Assembly (NCBI GenBank): GCA_016871175.1
Contig: VFZL01000001.1
Location: forward strand, 128,218 to 192,217
Direction: 5' to 3'
Length of the DNA: 64,000 nt
DNA from: Acidimicrobiia bacterium
GTDB lineage: Bacteria > Acidobacteriota > Vicinamibacteria > Vicinamibacterales > CAVVIG01
Shown: positions 1 through 9,873 of the stretch, piece by piece
How positions within the stretch are numbered: position 1 is the first letter of the stretch
Layout of the letters: every line of letters starts with the position of its first letter
Translations under genes and position numbers: made by a program
The notes under the pieces: model-generated
What the model saw: only the letters and a program-made list of their open reading frames with translations
Database searches by the model: none
What the model was told of the DNA's origin: nothing

Positions 1-431
1 AAGAACCGGTGATTGGCGAAGCACGCACAGCAGCCGGTCAGTTCGCGACGTGGGTCGAGGCAGTGCAGTCGCGGCCCGGGCCGGTGTGTGTGATTTCAAG
101 CGGCGAAACAACTGTGCACGTGCGCGGGCAGGGCCACGGGGGTCGCAATCAGGAGTTCGCGCTGGCGCTGGTCGAGCCGTTGTCGTCGTGGACGCGTCCC
201 GTGGTCGTGGCGAGCGTCGGGACCGACGGCGTCGACGGCCCGACCGATGCCGCAGGGGCCATCGTCCGATCCGACACGCGCGCGCGTGGGGTCGAGGCGC
301 GACTGCCGCCGCCGACCGTCTTTCTCGATCACAACGACGCCTACCGTTTCTTCGACCCGTTGGGCGATTTGATCCGCACTGGTCCGAGTGGGACCAACGT
401 GGGTGACCTCCAGGTCTGCCTAGTCGGCTGA
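1..431 (+). CDS. Glycerate kinase / hydroxypyruvate reductase family (MOFRL domain), C-terminal fragment; 5' end is outside the window
   Basis: Frame is open from the window edge (codon phase starts at nt 3). The translation contains GHGGRNQEFALA...GTDGVDGPTDAAGA...GPSGTNVGDL, typical of the MOFRL C-terminal domain of glycerate 2-kinases. Confidence 0.75.
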   Translation, partial: EPVIGEARTAAGQFATWVEAVQSRPGPVCVISSGETTVHVRGQGHGGRNQEFALALVEPLSSWTRPVVVASVGTDGVDGPTDAAGAIVRSDTRARGVEARLPPPTVFLDHNDAYRFFDPLGDLIRTGPSGTNVGDLQVCLVG

Positions 432-458
432 CCGCGGGATATAGTTGCTCGAACGGCC

Positions 459-2741
459 ATGCTGTCTCGCGACCAGATCCTGGCTCTGATGCGCGCCCGG
501 GTGCATCACCCGGCGGCTACCAAGGAACTGCTCCAGCTCCTGAGGGTCCCACGCGAGGAACGCGCGACCTTTCGCCGTCATCTGAAGGCGCTTGTCGAAA
601 CCGGCGATCTCATTCAAATCCGTGGTCAGCGGTTCGGCTTGCCAGAGAAGATGGATCTCTTCGCCGGCAGGTTGCAGGCCCATCCGGGAGGATACGGATT
701 CGTCGAGCCGGAGCGGCCGCTCGAGAGTGGTGGCGACATCTACATCGCCGGTCCACATCTCAACGACGCGATGCACAGCGACCGCGTGATCGTCCGCATC
801 GAGCGCCTGAAGGAGGGCGGACGCGCCGAAGGACGCGTCATCCGGATCCTGGAGCGCGCGAACACGTGGCTCGTCGGCCGCTACGATCGCGACGAGAACG
901 GCATGGGATACGTGGTCCCCTTCGACCGGCGCGTCTTGATGGACATCGTCGTTCCGCCCGGTCAGGAGGGAGGAGCGTCGCCCGGCGAGATGGTCTCGCT
1001 CGAGTTGACGCGATGGCCGACTTCGACGCGTGGGGCCATTGGACGCGTCGCCGAGGTCCTCGGCGACATCGATGCGCCAGGTGTCGACACGGAGATCATC
1101 ATCCGCAAGTACGGCATTCCCGATGCGCATTCCGCAGAGGCTGTTCGAGAGGCGAAGGCGATCGGCGTGGCGGTGTCAGAGAAGGACCTACGTGGTCGAA
1201 CGGACTTTCGGCCAGTGGTGACGGTGACAATCGACGGTGAGCACGCCCGGGACTTCGATGACGCGATCACGATCGAGAAACTGCCCAACGGCAACTACTG
1301 GCTCGGTGTGCACATCGCGGACGTATCGCACTACGTCGCGGAGGGGAGTGCGCTCGATCGCGAGGCGTACGCCCGCGGCACCTCGGTGTACTTCCCAGAG
1401 CGTGCCGTGCACATGTTTCCATCCGAGCTGGCCACCGGGATCTGTAGCCTAAACCCTCAAGTCGATCGGCTCGTCCAATCGTGCCTGATGGAGATCGACC
1501 ATCGGGGCGCCGTGGTCCGATACGAGTTCCACGACGGCGTCATCAACAGCAACGCTCGGATGACCTATACGGCGGTGAACGCGATTCTGACGAATCGGGA
1601 CCCCGACGCGCTCGAGCGCTACGCCACGCTCGTGCCGACCTTCGAGCTGATGGGTGAGCTGTTTCGCACCCTGAATGACGCCCGGCGTCGCCGTGGTTCG
1701 GTCGACTTCGACCTGAGCGAGGCCGAGGTGATCATGGACGCCGGCGGCATAGTGGAGGCGATTACCGCGCTCCAGCGCAACGTCGCACACCGGCTCATCG
1801 AGGAGTTCATGCTGCTCGCCAACGAGACCGTGGCGACGTTTCTCGAGCAGCAAGAGGCGCCCACGCTGTACCGCATTCACGAAGAGCCGGATGTATTGAA
1901 GGTCGCGAAGTTCGAGGAGTTCATCGCCGGGTTCGGCTACAGCCTCGGCGCGCCGCTGACGGCGCTTCGACCGCGGCATTTCCAGAAGCTCCTCGAACGG
2001 ATCCACGAGAAGCCGGAAGAGCGGCCGATCGCCTTCTTGATGTTGCGAACGATGCAGAAGGCTCGATATGCGCCGGTCAATGTGGGCCACTTCGGCCTGG
2101 CCGCTTCGAGCTATGCGCATTTCACGTCACCGATTCGGCGGTACCCCGACTTGGTGGTGCACCGGGCGCTGCGCGCGGCGCGGCACGGCGCGCTGTCTGC
2201 CGAGGTCCAAGAAGCGGCGGCCGAGGTCATGCCCGAGGTCGCCAGGCACACGTCGGAGATGGAGCGTCGAGCCGACGATGCGGAACGTGACCTCGTGCAG
2301 TGGAAGAAAGTGAAGTTCATGGCCGACAAGGTCGGCGATGAGTTCGAGGGGTACGTCATCGGCGTGGCCGCCTTTGGGCTCTTCATCGAGCTCGTGGAGC
2401 ACTACGTCGAAGGTCTGGTGCACATCTCGACGATGGCCGACGACTACTACCGGTTCGTGGACGGTGCGCACTTGCTGCGCGGCGAGAACACGCAGAAGAT
2501 CTATCGACTGGGCGACAAGGTCCGGGTGCGGGTGGTTCGTGTCAACATGGACGAGCGGAGGATCGATCTCGGGCTTGTGGAGATTTTGGAGCGCGTTCGC
2601 GAAGGAGAACGAGGGCCGAGGCGAGGCCGACCTCATACGGCACGGCCCAAAGCCGAGCGACCTGGCTCCAGACGGCCGTTGGGCAAAAGCGAAGGCCGCC
2701 CAGGCCGGCGTGAGCGTGCGTCTCATCGGCGACGAAAGTGA
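459..2741 (+). CDS. rnr: Ribonuclease R
   Basis: 760-aa ORF with an OB/cold-shock-like N-terminus, an RNB catalytic core (DFDDAITIEKL...GVHIADVSHYV...), a C-terminal S1 domain (FEGYVIGVAAFGLFIEL...) and a basic tail. Confidence 0.95.
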   Translation: MLSRDQILALMRARVHHPAATKELLQLLRVPREERATFRRHLKALVETGDLIQIRGQRFGLPEKMDLFAGRLQAHPGGYGFVEPERPLESGGDIYIAGPHLNDAMHSDRVIVRIERLKEGGRAEGRVIRILERANTWLVGRYDRDENGMGYVVPFDRRVLMDIVVPPGQEGGASPGEMVSLELTRWPTSTRGAIGRVAEVLGDIDAPGVDTEIIIRKYGIPDAHSAEAVREAKAIGVAVSEKDLRGRTDFRPVVTVTIDGEHARDFDDAITIEKLPNGNYWLGVHIADVSHYVAEGSALDREAYARGTSVYFPERAVHMFPSELATGICSLNPQVDRLVQSCLMEIDHRGAVVRYEFHDGVINSNARMTYTAVNAILTNRDPDALERYATLVPTFELMGELFRTLNDARRRRGSVDFDLSEAEVIMDAGGIVEAITALQRNVAHRLIEEFMLLANETVATFLEQQEAPTLYRIHEEPDVLKVAKFEEFIAGFGYSLGAPLTALRPRHFQKLLERIHEKPEERPIAFLMLRTMQKARYAPVNVGHFGLAASSYAHFTSPIRRYPDLVVHRALRAARHGALSAEVQEAAAEVMPEVARHTSEMERRADDAERDLVQWKKVKFMADKVGDEFEGYVIGVAAFGLFIELVEHYVEGLVHISTMADDYYRFVDGAHLLRGENTQKIYRLGDKVRVRVVRVNMDERRIDLGLVEILERVREGERGPRRGRPHTARPKAERPGSRRPLGKSEGRPGRRERASHRRRK

Positions 2742-2774
2742 GGTGGCGTCGCCGAGCCGACGTGGTGGCGGTGC

Positions 2775-2930
2775 TCAGGACTTGTGATCCGCCGTCTCGT
2801 CCTTGAGGCCGTCCTTGAAGTTCTTGATCGCGCTGCCGATGCCGCGCCCCAGCTGCGGCAACCGGTTCGCCCCGAAGATGATAATCACAATCGCCAGGAT
2901 GACCAGCATTTCCGGCAGTCCGAGTCGCAT
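2775..2930 (-). CDS. tatA: Twin-arginine translocase subunit TatA/E
   Basis: 51-aa product [44 protein letters not shown]... shows a TM helix, FG hinge and amphipathic helix. GAGGAG lies 7 nt upstream of the ATG at 2930. The 168-aa track ORF is an upstream over-extension. Confidence 0.9.
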   Translation of the reverse strand: MRLGLPEMLVILAIVIIIFGANRLPQLGRGIGSAIKNFKDGLKDETADHKS

Positions 2931-3903
2931 GGTGAAACTCCTCTGGAGGATTGTACCACCAATCGCCGGCCGGGGTGTCGCTCCTCGGTGGACCGCGTCT
3001 GTGGCCGTGCTTGCCGCCTTGCTGGGGCTCGAACCGGCCGTTCTTCGTCCCCTGGCGGCCCAGTTCTCTTCGCGCGTCAGCCTTGTGGAAGTGTATGCCA
3101 CTGTCACAGATAGCGCGGGCCGGCTGGTGACGAACCTCCGACAGGAGGACTTCGCGGTCGAGGAGGATGGCGTACGCCAGACCGTGCAAGCGTTCGCCGC
3201 TGGATCTTTCCCCCTGTCGGTCGCGGTCGGCATCGACCGCAGCTTCAGCATGAGCGACCGCGCGCTGGCTGCGGCCGTCACCGCCGCGCGGTCATTCGCG
3301 GATCAGCTCAGGTCGGAGGACCAGATCATGGTGATCGGGATCGGGAGCGAGACCGAGGTACTGGCATCGCTCTCGGCCGATCGAGTTGCGGCTCGACGGG
3401 CGCTGGAGCGGCTCGCTCGATGGGGCACGACCCCGCTCTACGACGCCGTGATTCAGGCGATCGACGCCGTCCAGCCTGCCTCTGGTCGGCGCGCACTGAT
3501 TGTGCTGTCCGACGGCGAGGATCGCTACAGCCGCGCCACGGCCACCGACGTCGTGAGCTACGCTCGCCAGCACGACGTGTTGACCTACCCGATTGCGCTC
3601 GGGAACACACGGCCGTCGGTCTGGGCCGAGGTCGCCACGGTGAGCGGCGGACGGTCATTTGCCCTTCGCGACTTCCGAGAAATTGGACCGACCTTGTCAG
3701 CCATCGCCGAGGAACTCCGCCATCAGTACCTGCTTGGCCACGCGCCGGCGTCCGACGGCCGCGCGGGGTGGCGCTCGATTCGCGTCAAGCTCAATCGGGG
3801 GAATCGGCCGCAGCTGCGGGTGCGTGCGCGTGATGGGTACTTCGCGGGTGGTGCGATTGCGCCGAGCGTTCCCACCGATTCCACCCACCCCACCGGTCGA
3901 TAA
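2929..3903 (+). CDS. Secreted VWA-domain protein (VWFA-related acidobacterial domain type); start uncertain
   Basis: [36 protein letters not shown]... is followed by a VWA fold with the MIDAS-like motif GIDRSFSM and LSDGEDRYS. Paralogous to 58705..59670. The ATG at 2929 overlaps the divergent tatA start, so the real start may be downstream. Confidence 0.75.
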   Translation: MVKLLWRIVPPIAGRGVAPRWTASVAVLAALLGLEPAVLRPLAAQFSSRVSLVEVYATVTDSAGRLVTNLRQEDFAVEEDGVRQTVQAFAAGSFPLSVAVGIDRSFSMSDRALAAAVTAARSFADQLRSEDQIMVIGIGSETEVLASLSADRVAARRALERLARWGTTPLYDAVIQAIDAVQPASGRRALIVLSDGEDRYSRATATDVVSYARQHDVLTYPIALGNTRPSVWAEVATVSGGRSFALRDFREIGPTLSAIAEELRHQYLLGHAPASDGRAGWRSIRVKLNRGNRPQLRVRARDGYFAGGAIAPSVPTDSTHPTGR

Positions 3904-5119
3904 CCAGGCCCCACGCGAGGCCGAACTCCATGGTGCGCATCAAACGTCGGCGTAGTCCGCGGTATGGCTGCGTGCCCGCGAGGAGGTCTGCCATGACGTG
4001 ACGTACGGCGGGTCTGTGCTTGAGCGCCCCGGATATCAGGTTGATGAAGCGAGGGTGGAAGAAGGTGGCCTTCAGCTCCGCCGCGCGCGCAAGCTCGGGC
4101 AGGATGTGCGAACGCAGGAGTCGGCGGTAACCGGTCAACGCCAGGCCCTGACTTCCCGGCACGGAGGCTGGCGAGTTGGCCGCCGCGTGTATGGCGTCCG
4201 CGGCGTGGTGTCCCGACAGCAAAGCGTACAGGATCCCATCGCGCGTGATCGGGTCGACGAGGCCCGCCGCGTCCCCCACGAGCAGCCACCCGGGACCGCC
4301 CACCTCCGCTTTCGCGATGTCAGCCGCGCTCAAGGACGGAATCGGCCAGGCGTAGGGCTCGAGGTGGCTACCGGCTCCCACGCCCGTCACCTCCACCCAT
4401 CGGCGCACGTGTGCCCGCAGGTTTTCGGCGGTTACGCCCGCGTCAGCTTGCGCGCAGATCCCGATGGACAGATGGTCCGTCCGAGGGAAGCTCCAGATGT
4501 AGCCAGGTGGATCAGACACGAGCTCGAGCACGATCTCCGGGGTCGTCACGCCGTGCGCGTAGAAGCCGGTGGCGATCGAGAGTTGGCTCCGGTCGAACGG
4601 GCGACCGAAGGTTCGACGTACCAGGCTATTCGCGCCGTCGGCGCCGACCACATGGCGGCACCGATAGACGCCGGCGGCTGTTCTGAGGAGGAAGACGGAC
4701 CCGTATCGCGCGATACGACTCACGCGGGTTGCGATGAACGCCGCTCCGGCGGCGACGGCGTGCTCGAGTAATCGCCCATCGAACTGCCGCCTCGTGAACA
4801 CAGCAAGCCCTGGCGGGCGAGAAGGTTCGGCCGGCGCCGACGCGCGAGACTGGCCGACGCCGACCGGGACCGCTATGTCGAGGTGCTGCTCGGCGGTCGC
4901 GAACCGGACGGTGTCAATCGTGACCCGCGGGATCTCCTCCGCCGCTGCCCGAACACCATCCGCGACGATTGAGAGCGCTCGAGCCGTCAGCCCTCCGCCG
5001 CAGCGTTTCTCGCGGGGATGCGATCCATCGAAGAGCGCCACGCGCAGGCCGCGTCTGGCCAGCTGAGCAGCGGCCCACGCACCGCTCGGACCCGCTCCGA
5101 CAACACCGACGTCGAACAC
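3791..5119 (-). CDS. FAD-dependent oxidoreductase, geranylgeranyl reductase family
   Basis: N-terminal dinucleotide fold VGVVGAGPSGAWAAAQLARRGLRVALFD and ...CGGGLT. Full-length resemblance to geranylgeranyl reductase-like flavoproteins. The C-terminal ~37 codons overlap the convergent VWA gene. Confidence 0.8.
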   Translation of the reverse strand: MFDVGVVGAGPSGAWAAAQLARRGLRVALFDGSHPREKRCGGGLTARALSIVADGVRAAAEEIPRVTIDTVRFATAEQHLDIAVPVGVGQSRASAPAEPSRPPGLAVFTRRQFDGRLLEHAVAAGAAFIATRVSRIARYGSVFLLRTAAGVYRCRHVVGADGANSLVRRTFGRPFDRSQLSIATGFYAHGVTTPEIVLELVSDPPGYIWSFPRTDHLSIGICAQADAGVTAENLRAHVRRWVEVTGVGAGSHLEPYAWPIPSLSAADIAKAEVGGPGWLLVGDAAGLVDPITRDGILYALLSGHHAADAIHAAANSPASVPGSQGLALTGYRRLLRSHILPELARAAELKATFFHPRFINLISGALKHRPAVRHVMADLLAGTQPYRGLRRRLMRTMEFGLAWGLVIDRWGGWNRWERSAQSHHPRSTHHAHAPAAAADSPD

Positions 5120-5277
5120 GGTCTGATTCTATCGAGGTTCTCGGGTTCACACGCACAGCGGGTTCATGGGATTCACGCGACTGAAGATGTCCTGGCGGCG
5201 TCTAAGAAACTGGACGGTTTTGAGGGCACCGATCGGATGTTCCTGCAAGCCTTTGAGCCCGATAGTCCACTCTGCTG

Positions 5278-5294
5278 GGGCATTTCTTTTGCAG
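5278..5294 (+). promoter_or_regulatory. Candidate sigma54 (-24/-12) promoter upstream of the TonB-like gene
   Basis: gGGCAT-ttctt-TTGCA has GG at 5279-5280 and GC at 5291-5292, exactly 10 nt apart (consensus TGGCAC-N5-TTGCA). It lies ~58 nt upstream of the ATG at 5352. Confidence 0.3.
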
Positions 5295-5351
5295 TTGCAG
5301 CGGTCCAGTCTGGCGCCACACAATAGGTTGACGGATGACTCACCGGTGACA

Positions 5352-6275
5352 ATGCCCGAGACTTCCGCGACGGGCGGCACGCCCTATAACAGCTCCGCCG
5401 GGCATCTCTCGGTCCATGTGGAGGGCCAGCATCCGGACGAGGTGCCTTTCCTATTCGAGCAACAGGGGAAGCGCATCGGGCCATCTCTCGTCGTCGCCTT
5501 CTTGTGTCACCTGGCGTTTCTCGGGTTCATCCTCTGGGCGGTCACCCACGGGCCGCCGAGCACATTCGTCGAGGCACGTATCCCGGACCGTACGAACACG
5601 AGCCTTGTTTTCTTGGATATCCCGGGACGCGGTGGTGGCGGCGGTGGTGGCGGCAACAAGATGCCTGAGCCACCCAGGAAACCCGAGTTGCCAGGCAAGG
5701 AAAAGATCACCGTGCCGGTCGCGAAGCCGCCGGTCGTTGAGCAGCTGCGGCAGCAAGTTGAAGTCGAGCCACCGCCGATCGAGCCGATGAACATACACGC
5801 GAAGAACATGGCCAACGGCCTCGAGTCGCTGGCGGGCGTGATCGACGCGCCCCCGGCACCTCCGACGCCGTCGCAAGGCGCGGGGTCGGGTGGAGGCGGT
5901 GGCACAGGCGCCGGCATAGGTATCGGCTCAGGCACTGGATCGGGCCTCGGAGAAGGCCGCGGTGGCGGCACAGGCGGTGGCGTGTATCAGCTTGGGAGTG
6001 GCGTCACCAAGCCGATTCTGGTCTATCAGGCGCAGCCGAAGTACACGGCCGAAGCGATGCGTGCGCGAATCCAGGGTAGCGTGTTCCTGTCGTGCGTCGT
6101 CCGGTCCGACGGCACTGTAACCGACATTCAGGTCATCCGTTCACTCGATCGCGCCTTCGGCCTGGACGATGAGGCCATCAAGACCCTCTCCGCATGGCGC
6201 TTCCGTCCGTCAACGCTGCGCGGCGAGCCGGTCGCGGTCCGGGTCGAAGTCGAGATCACGTTCAGTATTCGCTGA
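5352..6275 (+). CDS. Energy transducer TonB family protein
   Basis: C-terminal TonB domain (PKYTAEAMRARIQGSVFLSCVVRSDGTVTDIQVIRSLDRAFGLDDEAIKTLSAWRFRP), a single N-terminal TM helix and a Pro/Gly-rich spacer. Start placed at ATG 5352. Confidence 0.8.
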   Translation: MPETSATGGTPYNSSAGHLSVHVEGQHPDEVPFLFEQQGKRIGPSLVVAFLCHLAFLGFILWAVTHGPPSTFVEARIPDRTNTSLVFLDIPGRGGGGGGGGNKMPEPPRKPELPGKEKITVPVAKPPVVEQLRQQVEVEPPPIEPMNIHAKNMANGLESLAGVIDAPPAPPTPSQGAGSGGGGGTGAGIGIGSGTGSGLGEGRGGGTGGGVYQLGSGVTKPILVYQAQPKYTAEAMRARIQGSVFLSCVVRSDGTVTDIQVIRSLDRAFGLDDEAIKTLSAWRFRPSTLRGEPVAVRVEVEITFSIR

Positions 6276-6411
6276 GGCGCGAGCGCGACTCACGCAGGGG
6301 CATGCCCGCGTGCATTGCGGCGAGACGGAGCTGTGTCCGATCTGATGTCAGCGCCTGGCCGTGTCGGTGGCCGCGCCTCACCATGGCTGTCCAACCTGAA
6401 GCCCCGTTCCG

Positions 6412-8373
6412 CTAACGGTCCAGGGTGTTTGGCAGCGCTAGCGTGACGAGCTCTGAGCTCGGACCGGATCCCGTGGCGACGACGAGATACTGCTTTCCGC
6501 CGTGAAGGTACGTCATTGGCGTGGCGGCCGAGAAGGCGTCGATCTCGATCGCGTGAAGCGCAGCGCCCGTCTCTTTGTCGAAGACGTACACTAATCTACG
6601 CGGTGCGGTCGAACCAGCCTGAGACCCAGGCGTGGCGAACGGGATGACGTTGACGAAGAGCAGCGTCTTCGTCAGCAACACACCGATCATCTGTAGCCGT
6701 TCCCCAAGTGGCGGGACGTTCAACCCGCGAAGCAGCGGGTGATCCCGTGGGCCGTCGCCGATCGCCGCTAGCCAGCGCTGCTCGCCGGTGTTGAGATCGA
6801 ACGCCGTGACGCGCGAGTAGGGCGGCTTGAAGATCGAGAGCCCCTCGATGAGCTCGTTACCGGCGCCCGTGCCGAGATCGGCGCGTACGTAGCGCATGTT
6901 GCCCCGTGTGCCGGCAGCTGTCGTGAGGGTGATGACCGTCGGTGCGTTGCGCGACGGGACGTACAGCATGCCAGTGTCCGGATCGAATGCCGCTCCGCCC
7001 CAGTTGGCACCACCCGCAATGCCAGGCACGAGCAGGTTCGGCCGCTCCAGCGTCAGCGGCGTGAACAGCGGTCCATGGGCGAACGTGTTCAGTTGATCGA
7101 GGGCGCGCTTGCGCAGCTCCGGTGTGAAATCGATCAAGTTGTCCTCGATCGAGCCCTGCATCTCGAACGGTGGTGGCTTGGTCGGATACGGCTGCGTGGG
7201 TGACGTCCGCTCGCCAGGCACTGTCGATGCCGGCACCGGCCGTTCCTCGATCGGCCATAAGGGCCTGCCGGTTCGGCGATCGAAGACATAGGTGAAGCCC
7301 TGCTTGCTGATCTGGATCACCGCCTTGATCCGGCGACCGTCGACAGTGATATCGCCAAGGATCGGGTGCGTGGGGAAGTCGTAGTCCCAGATGCCGTGAT
7401 GCACGGCCTGGAAGTGCCACACGCGCTTGCCGGTCTTGGCCTCGACGCAGATCAGGCTCTCAGCGAAGAGGTTGTGACCAGGGCGGTGACCCCCGTAGTA
7501 GTTGTTCGTTGCCGTTGACGTGGGCAGGTAGACGTAGTCGAGTTCGGGGTCGTACACGCCGCTCGACCACACGTTGGTGCTGCCGCTGTATTCAGCGGAG
7601 TTCTCCAGCCAGGTGTCGTATCCGAACTCGCCAGGCTTGGGAATCGTGTTGAAGGTCCAGACGCGCCTGCCGGATCGGACGTCGAAGGCATGGACGTAGC
7701 CGGGCGGCGCCTCTCGGTTGAACACGTGATCGGCAATCGAGCTGCCAACGACGACGACGTTGCCCGCGACGAGAGGACGACGAGCCGTGAAATTCGCCGC
7801 CCGTACGGCATCGCGGATGCCGATCGTCAGATCAACTTTACCGCCCACGCCAAACTTCGGGTCGGGCCTCCCGGTTCGTGCATCCACCGAGAGCAGATAG
7901 GCGTCTGCCGTTCCCACCAGGAGCCGCTCTGCCGTGCCATCAGACCAGTACGCGAGCCCCCGTTGCAGGAACCCACCGTTGTTCGGGACGCCCGCCTTGT
8001 AGCTCTCTGGATCGTAGGTCCATCGCGTCGCACCGGTTCCAGGGTCGAGGGCGGCCACGACGCCAAGGCCGGTCACGGTGTAGAGCGTGCCATTGATGAC
8101 GAGGGGCGTTTCCTCGTTGCGGGCGGCGCGCCACAGCGGGTTGGACTGCTGAAGGGACCGATCGGCGGATGCCCAGCGCCACGTGATCTGTAGGCGTCGC
8201 ACGTTGTCTGCGTTGATGTGGTCGAGCGGGGAGTACTTGGTACCCTGCGTCTGGCCGAAGTACACGGGCCAGTCACCGGCGCGAGACGGCCTCTGCGCGT
8301 GAAGGCTAAACGGAAGAACGGCCGCGGCGACGAAGGCCACCGCGGCGGCGGAGCAGGCGAGCCACGCGCGCAT
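6412..8373 (-). CDS. Secreted PQQ-dependent dehydrogenase (quinoprotein beta-propeller, glucose/quinate/shikimate-like)
   Basis: 653 aa from ATG 8373, with signal peptide MRAWLACSAAAVAFVAAAVLPFSLHAQ. Repeated propeller W-motifs (ALDPGTGATRWTY, AFDVRSGRRVWTF, VEAKTGKRVWHF, FDRRTGRPLWP). The N-terminal 74 codons of the track ORF are not supported. Confidence 0.85.
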   Translation of the reverse strand: MRAWLACSAAAVAFVAAAVLPFSLHAQRPSRAGDWPVYFGQTQGTKYSPLDHINADNVRRLQITWRWASADRSLQQSNPLWRAARNEETPLVINGTLYTVTGLGVVAALDPGTGATRWTYDPESYKAGVPNNGGFLQRGLAYWSDGTAERLLVGTADAYLLSVDARTGRPDPKFGVGGKVDLTIGIRDAVRAANFTARRPLVAGNVVVVGSSIADHVFNREAPPGYVHAFDVRSGRRVWTFNTIPKPGEFGYDTWLENSAEYSGSTNVWSSGVYDPELDYVYLPTSTATNNYYGGHRPGHNLFAESLICVEAKTGKRVWHFQAVHHGIWDYDFPTHPILGDITVDGRRIKAVIQISKQGFTYVFDRRTGRPLWPIEERPVPASTVPGERTSPTQPYPTKPPPFEMQGSIEDNLIDFTPELRKRALDQLNTFAHGPLFTPLTLERPNLLVPGIAGGANWGGAAFDPDTGMLYVPSRNAPTVITLTTAAGTRGNMRYVRADLGTGAGNELIEGLSIFKPPYSRVTAFDLNTGEQRWLAAIGDGPRDHPLLRGLNVPPLGERLQMIGVLLTKTLLFVNVIPFATPGSQAGSTAPRRLVYVFDKETGAALHAIEIDAFSAATPMTYLHGGKQYLVVATGSGPSSELVTLALPNTLDR

Positions 8374-8392
8374 CAGATCGAGGAGGAGAGAC

Positions 8393-8809
8393 TCACTTGC
8401 TCTCTTGTTTTTCGTATGGGGCGCCGATGCCCGACGATCCGACGAACATCTTCTTCCCCTCGGTGGTCGTGATGTCCTTGGCGTTGGCGGTGGGAGAGCC
8501 GTTCTTCGCCCGGTAACCGTCCACGACAATCTCGGACCCGATCGGGAGCGAGGCCTTGGTCCAGCCGCGGCGCAGCAAGGCGTTTGGCGCGCCACACTCG
8601 ATGGCCCACGTCTCGGTCTTCCCGTCCGTGACGACTTCGATGTGCACCCAGGAGTGCGGGTTCACCCATTCGGTCTTCACCACCTTGCCCTTCAGGATGA
8701 TGGGCTTGGACGCATCGAACTCCGACGAGAACGCGTGGTGCGCGGACGCTGCGCTCCCTTGGAGAAGCAAACAAGCGCCCAGTATTGGCCCGACGAGTAA
8801 TGCACGCAT
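8393..8809 (-). CDS. Small secreted protein, HHAFSSEFD motif right after the signal peptide (resembles the DUF6152 family from memory)
   Basis: Start ATG 8809 is preceded by GAGG. Signal peptide MRALLVGPILGACLLLQGSAASA is followed by HHAFSSEFD. Lies 19 nt upstream of the PQQ dehydrogenase start, same strand. Confidence 0.6.
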   Translation of the reverse strand: MRALLVGPILGACLLLQGSAASAHHAFSSEFDASKPIILKGKVVKTEWVNPHSWVHIEVVTDGKTETWAIECGAPNALLRRGWTKASLPIGSEIVVDGYRAKNGSPTANAKDITTTEGKKMFVGSSGIGAPYEKQESK

Positions 8810-8839
8810 ACGACCTCGCTCCGTAAGCAACGAGAGAAA

Positions 8840-9841
8840 TCAATTCTCGATGTCGACGCCGGTCAGCAGCTTCACATTGCGAGCGTTGCCCTCGTGGCAC
8901 GCGTACTCGAAGAGCTGATGGTCCGGCGGCGCGCGGTGAAACGCATCGAACGCGATCTTCCACGGACGAGTGAACACCTTGGGATCCTCGATGGTTGCCT
9001 CGTAGTGGATCTTGTCGCCCATCGGCGTGAAGCGCTCGACGACGTGCAGCGCCTCGGTGTTGAAGACGCCGTGGCCGGTTGTGATGCTGCTGCCGGGTGC
9101 GCCCTCCGGTGGCGCGCCGTGTCCGACCGTCCATGTCCGATCAGTGAAGTTGGTCACGTCCACGACGAGCGTGTTGCCCTCCCAACGACCCCGCGAATCG
9201 CCCATCGGCAAGCGAATCTTCGGACTGACGTGTGGGCGCCCGTCGAGTGGGATGAACCGTGTCATGTGGTTCCACTCGTAGAGGATGATGACGTACCCAG
9301 GCGTCTGCATGATCTGGTACGAGTTGTAGAAGACCGGCAGATTCGCGCGCGGTAACCCCGACTGCAGGCAGCGTACGCGTGGGTCGAGGAGCTCGGCCTT
9401 CTCCTGCCCGGCGACGATTTCGTCGCGCTTCTTGGCGGCCCAGGGCTGAAACGGGATCTTGCCGTCAGGCGGATCAACGACCATCGGCCGCCGGTCTCGT
9501 TCGACCGATCTCCGTCCCTCGTCGGGTGCGAAGAACGTGTAGGCGGCGTTCGTGCCAGGGTCAAAACCCGCAGGCGGCTTCCACGGCGCGCCGCTCGGCA
9601 CCTCCATCGGGCGCCCGCTCGGGTCGGGCAACCACATGCCGGAGATGTTCGGCTGCCCATCCGGTGTCCTGGCCGGCCGCGGCGTCGCTTTGGCCCGCGC
9701 ATCAGCGGCTTTCGTCTCGGCCCCGGCGGTCTTTGTGGTCGACGCTGGCCTGGTTTCCTGAGCCGCGACGCCGATGCCGATTGCCGTCGCGATGGCGGCC
9801 GCGACCAGGGCGCGAATCGTCGCTCGTTGCCGCACCTTCAC
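8840..9841 (-). CDS. Uncharacterised secreted protein, paralog A
   Basis: GTG start at 9841 with GGAGG 6 nt upstream. Signal peptide VKVRQRATIRALVAAAIATAIGIGVAAQ. Shares MGDSRGRWEGNTLVVD...ALHVVERF...Y.ATIEDPKVFTRPW with 9874..10707. Confidence 0.7.
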   Translation of the reverse strand: MKVRQRATIRALVAAAIATAIGIGVAAQETRPASTTKTAGAETKAADARAKATPRPARTPDGQPNISGMWLPDPSGRPMEVPSGAPWKPPAGFDPGTNAAYTFFAPDEGRRSVERDRRPMVVDPPDGKIPFQPWAAKKRDEIVAGQEKAELLDPRVRCLQSGLPRANLPVFYNSYQIMQTPGYVIILYEWNHMTRFIPLDGRPHVSPKIRLPMGDSRGRWEGNTLVVDVTNFTDRTWTVGHGAPPEGAPGSSITTGHGVFNTEALHVVERFTPMGDKIHYEATIEDPKVFTRPWKIAFDAFHRAPPDHQLFEYACHEGNARNVKLLTGVDIEN

Positions 9842-9873
9842 ATCACACCTCCGTTCGACCAACGACCAATCCC

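Noticed and set aside
5620-5990. Repetitive GGT/GGC-rich DNA
   Set aside because: It lies inside the TonB-family ORF and encodes the Gly/Pro-rich spacer. This is in-frame low-complexity coding sequence, not a discrete repeat element.
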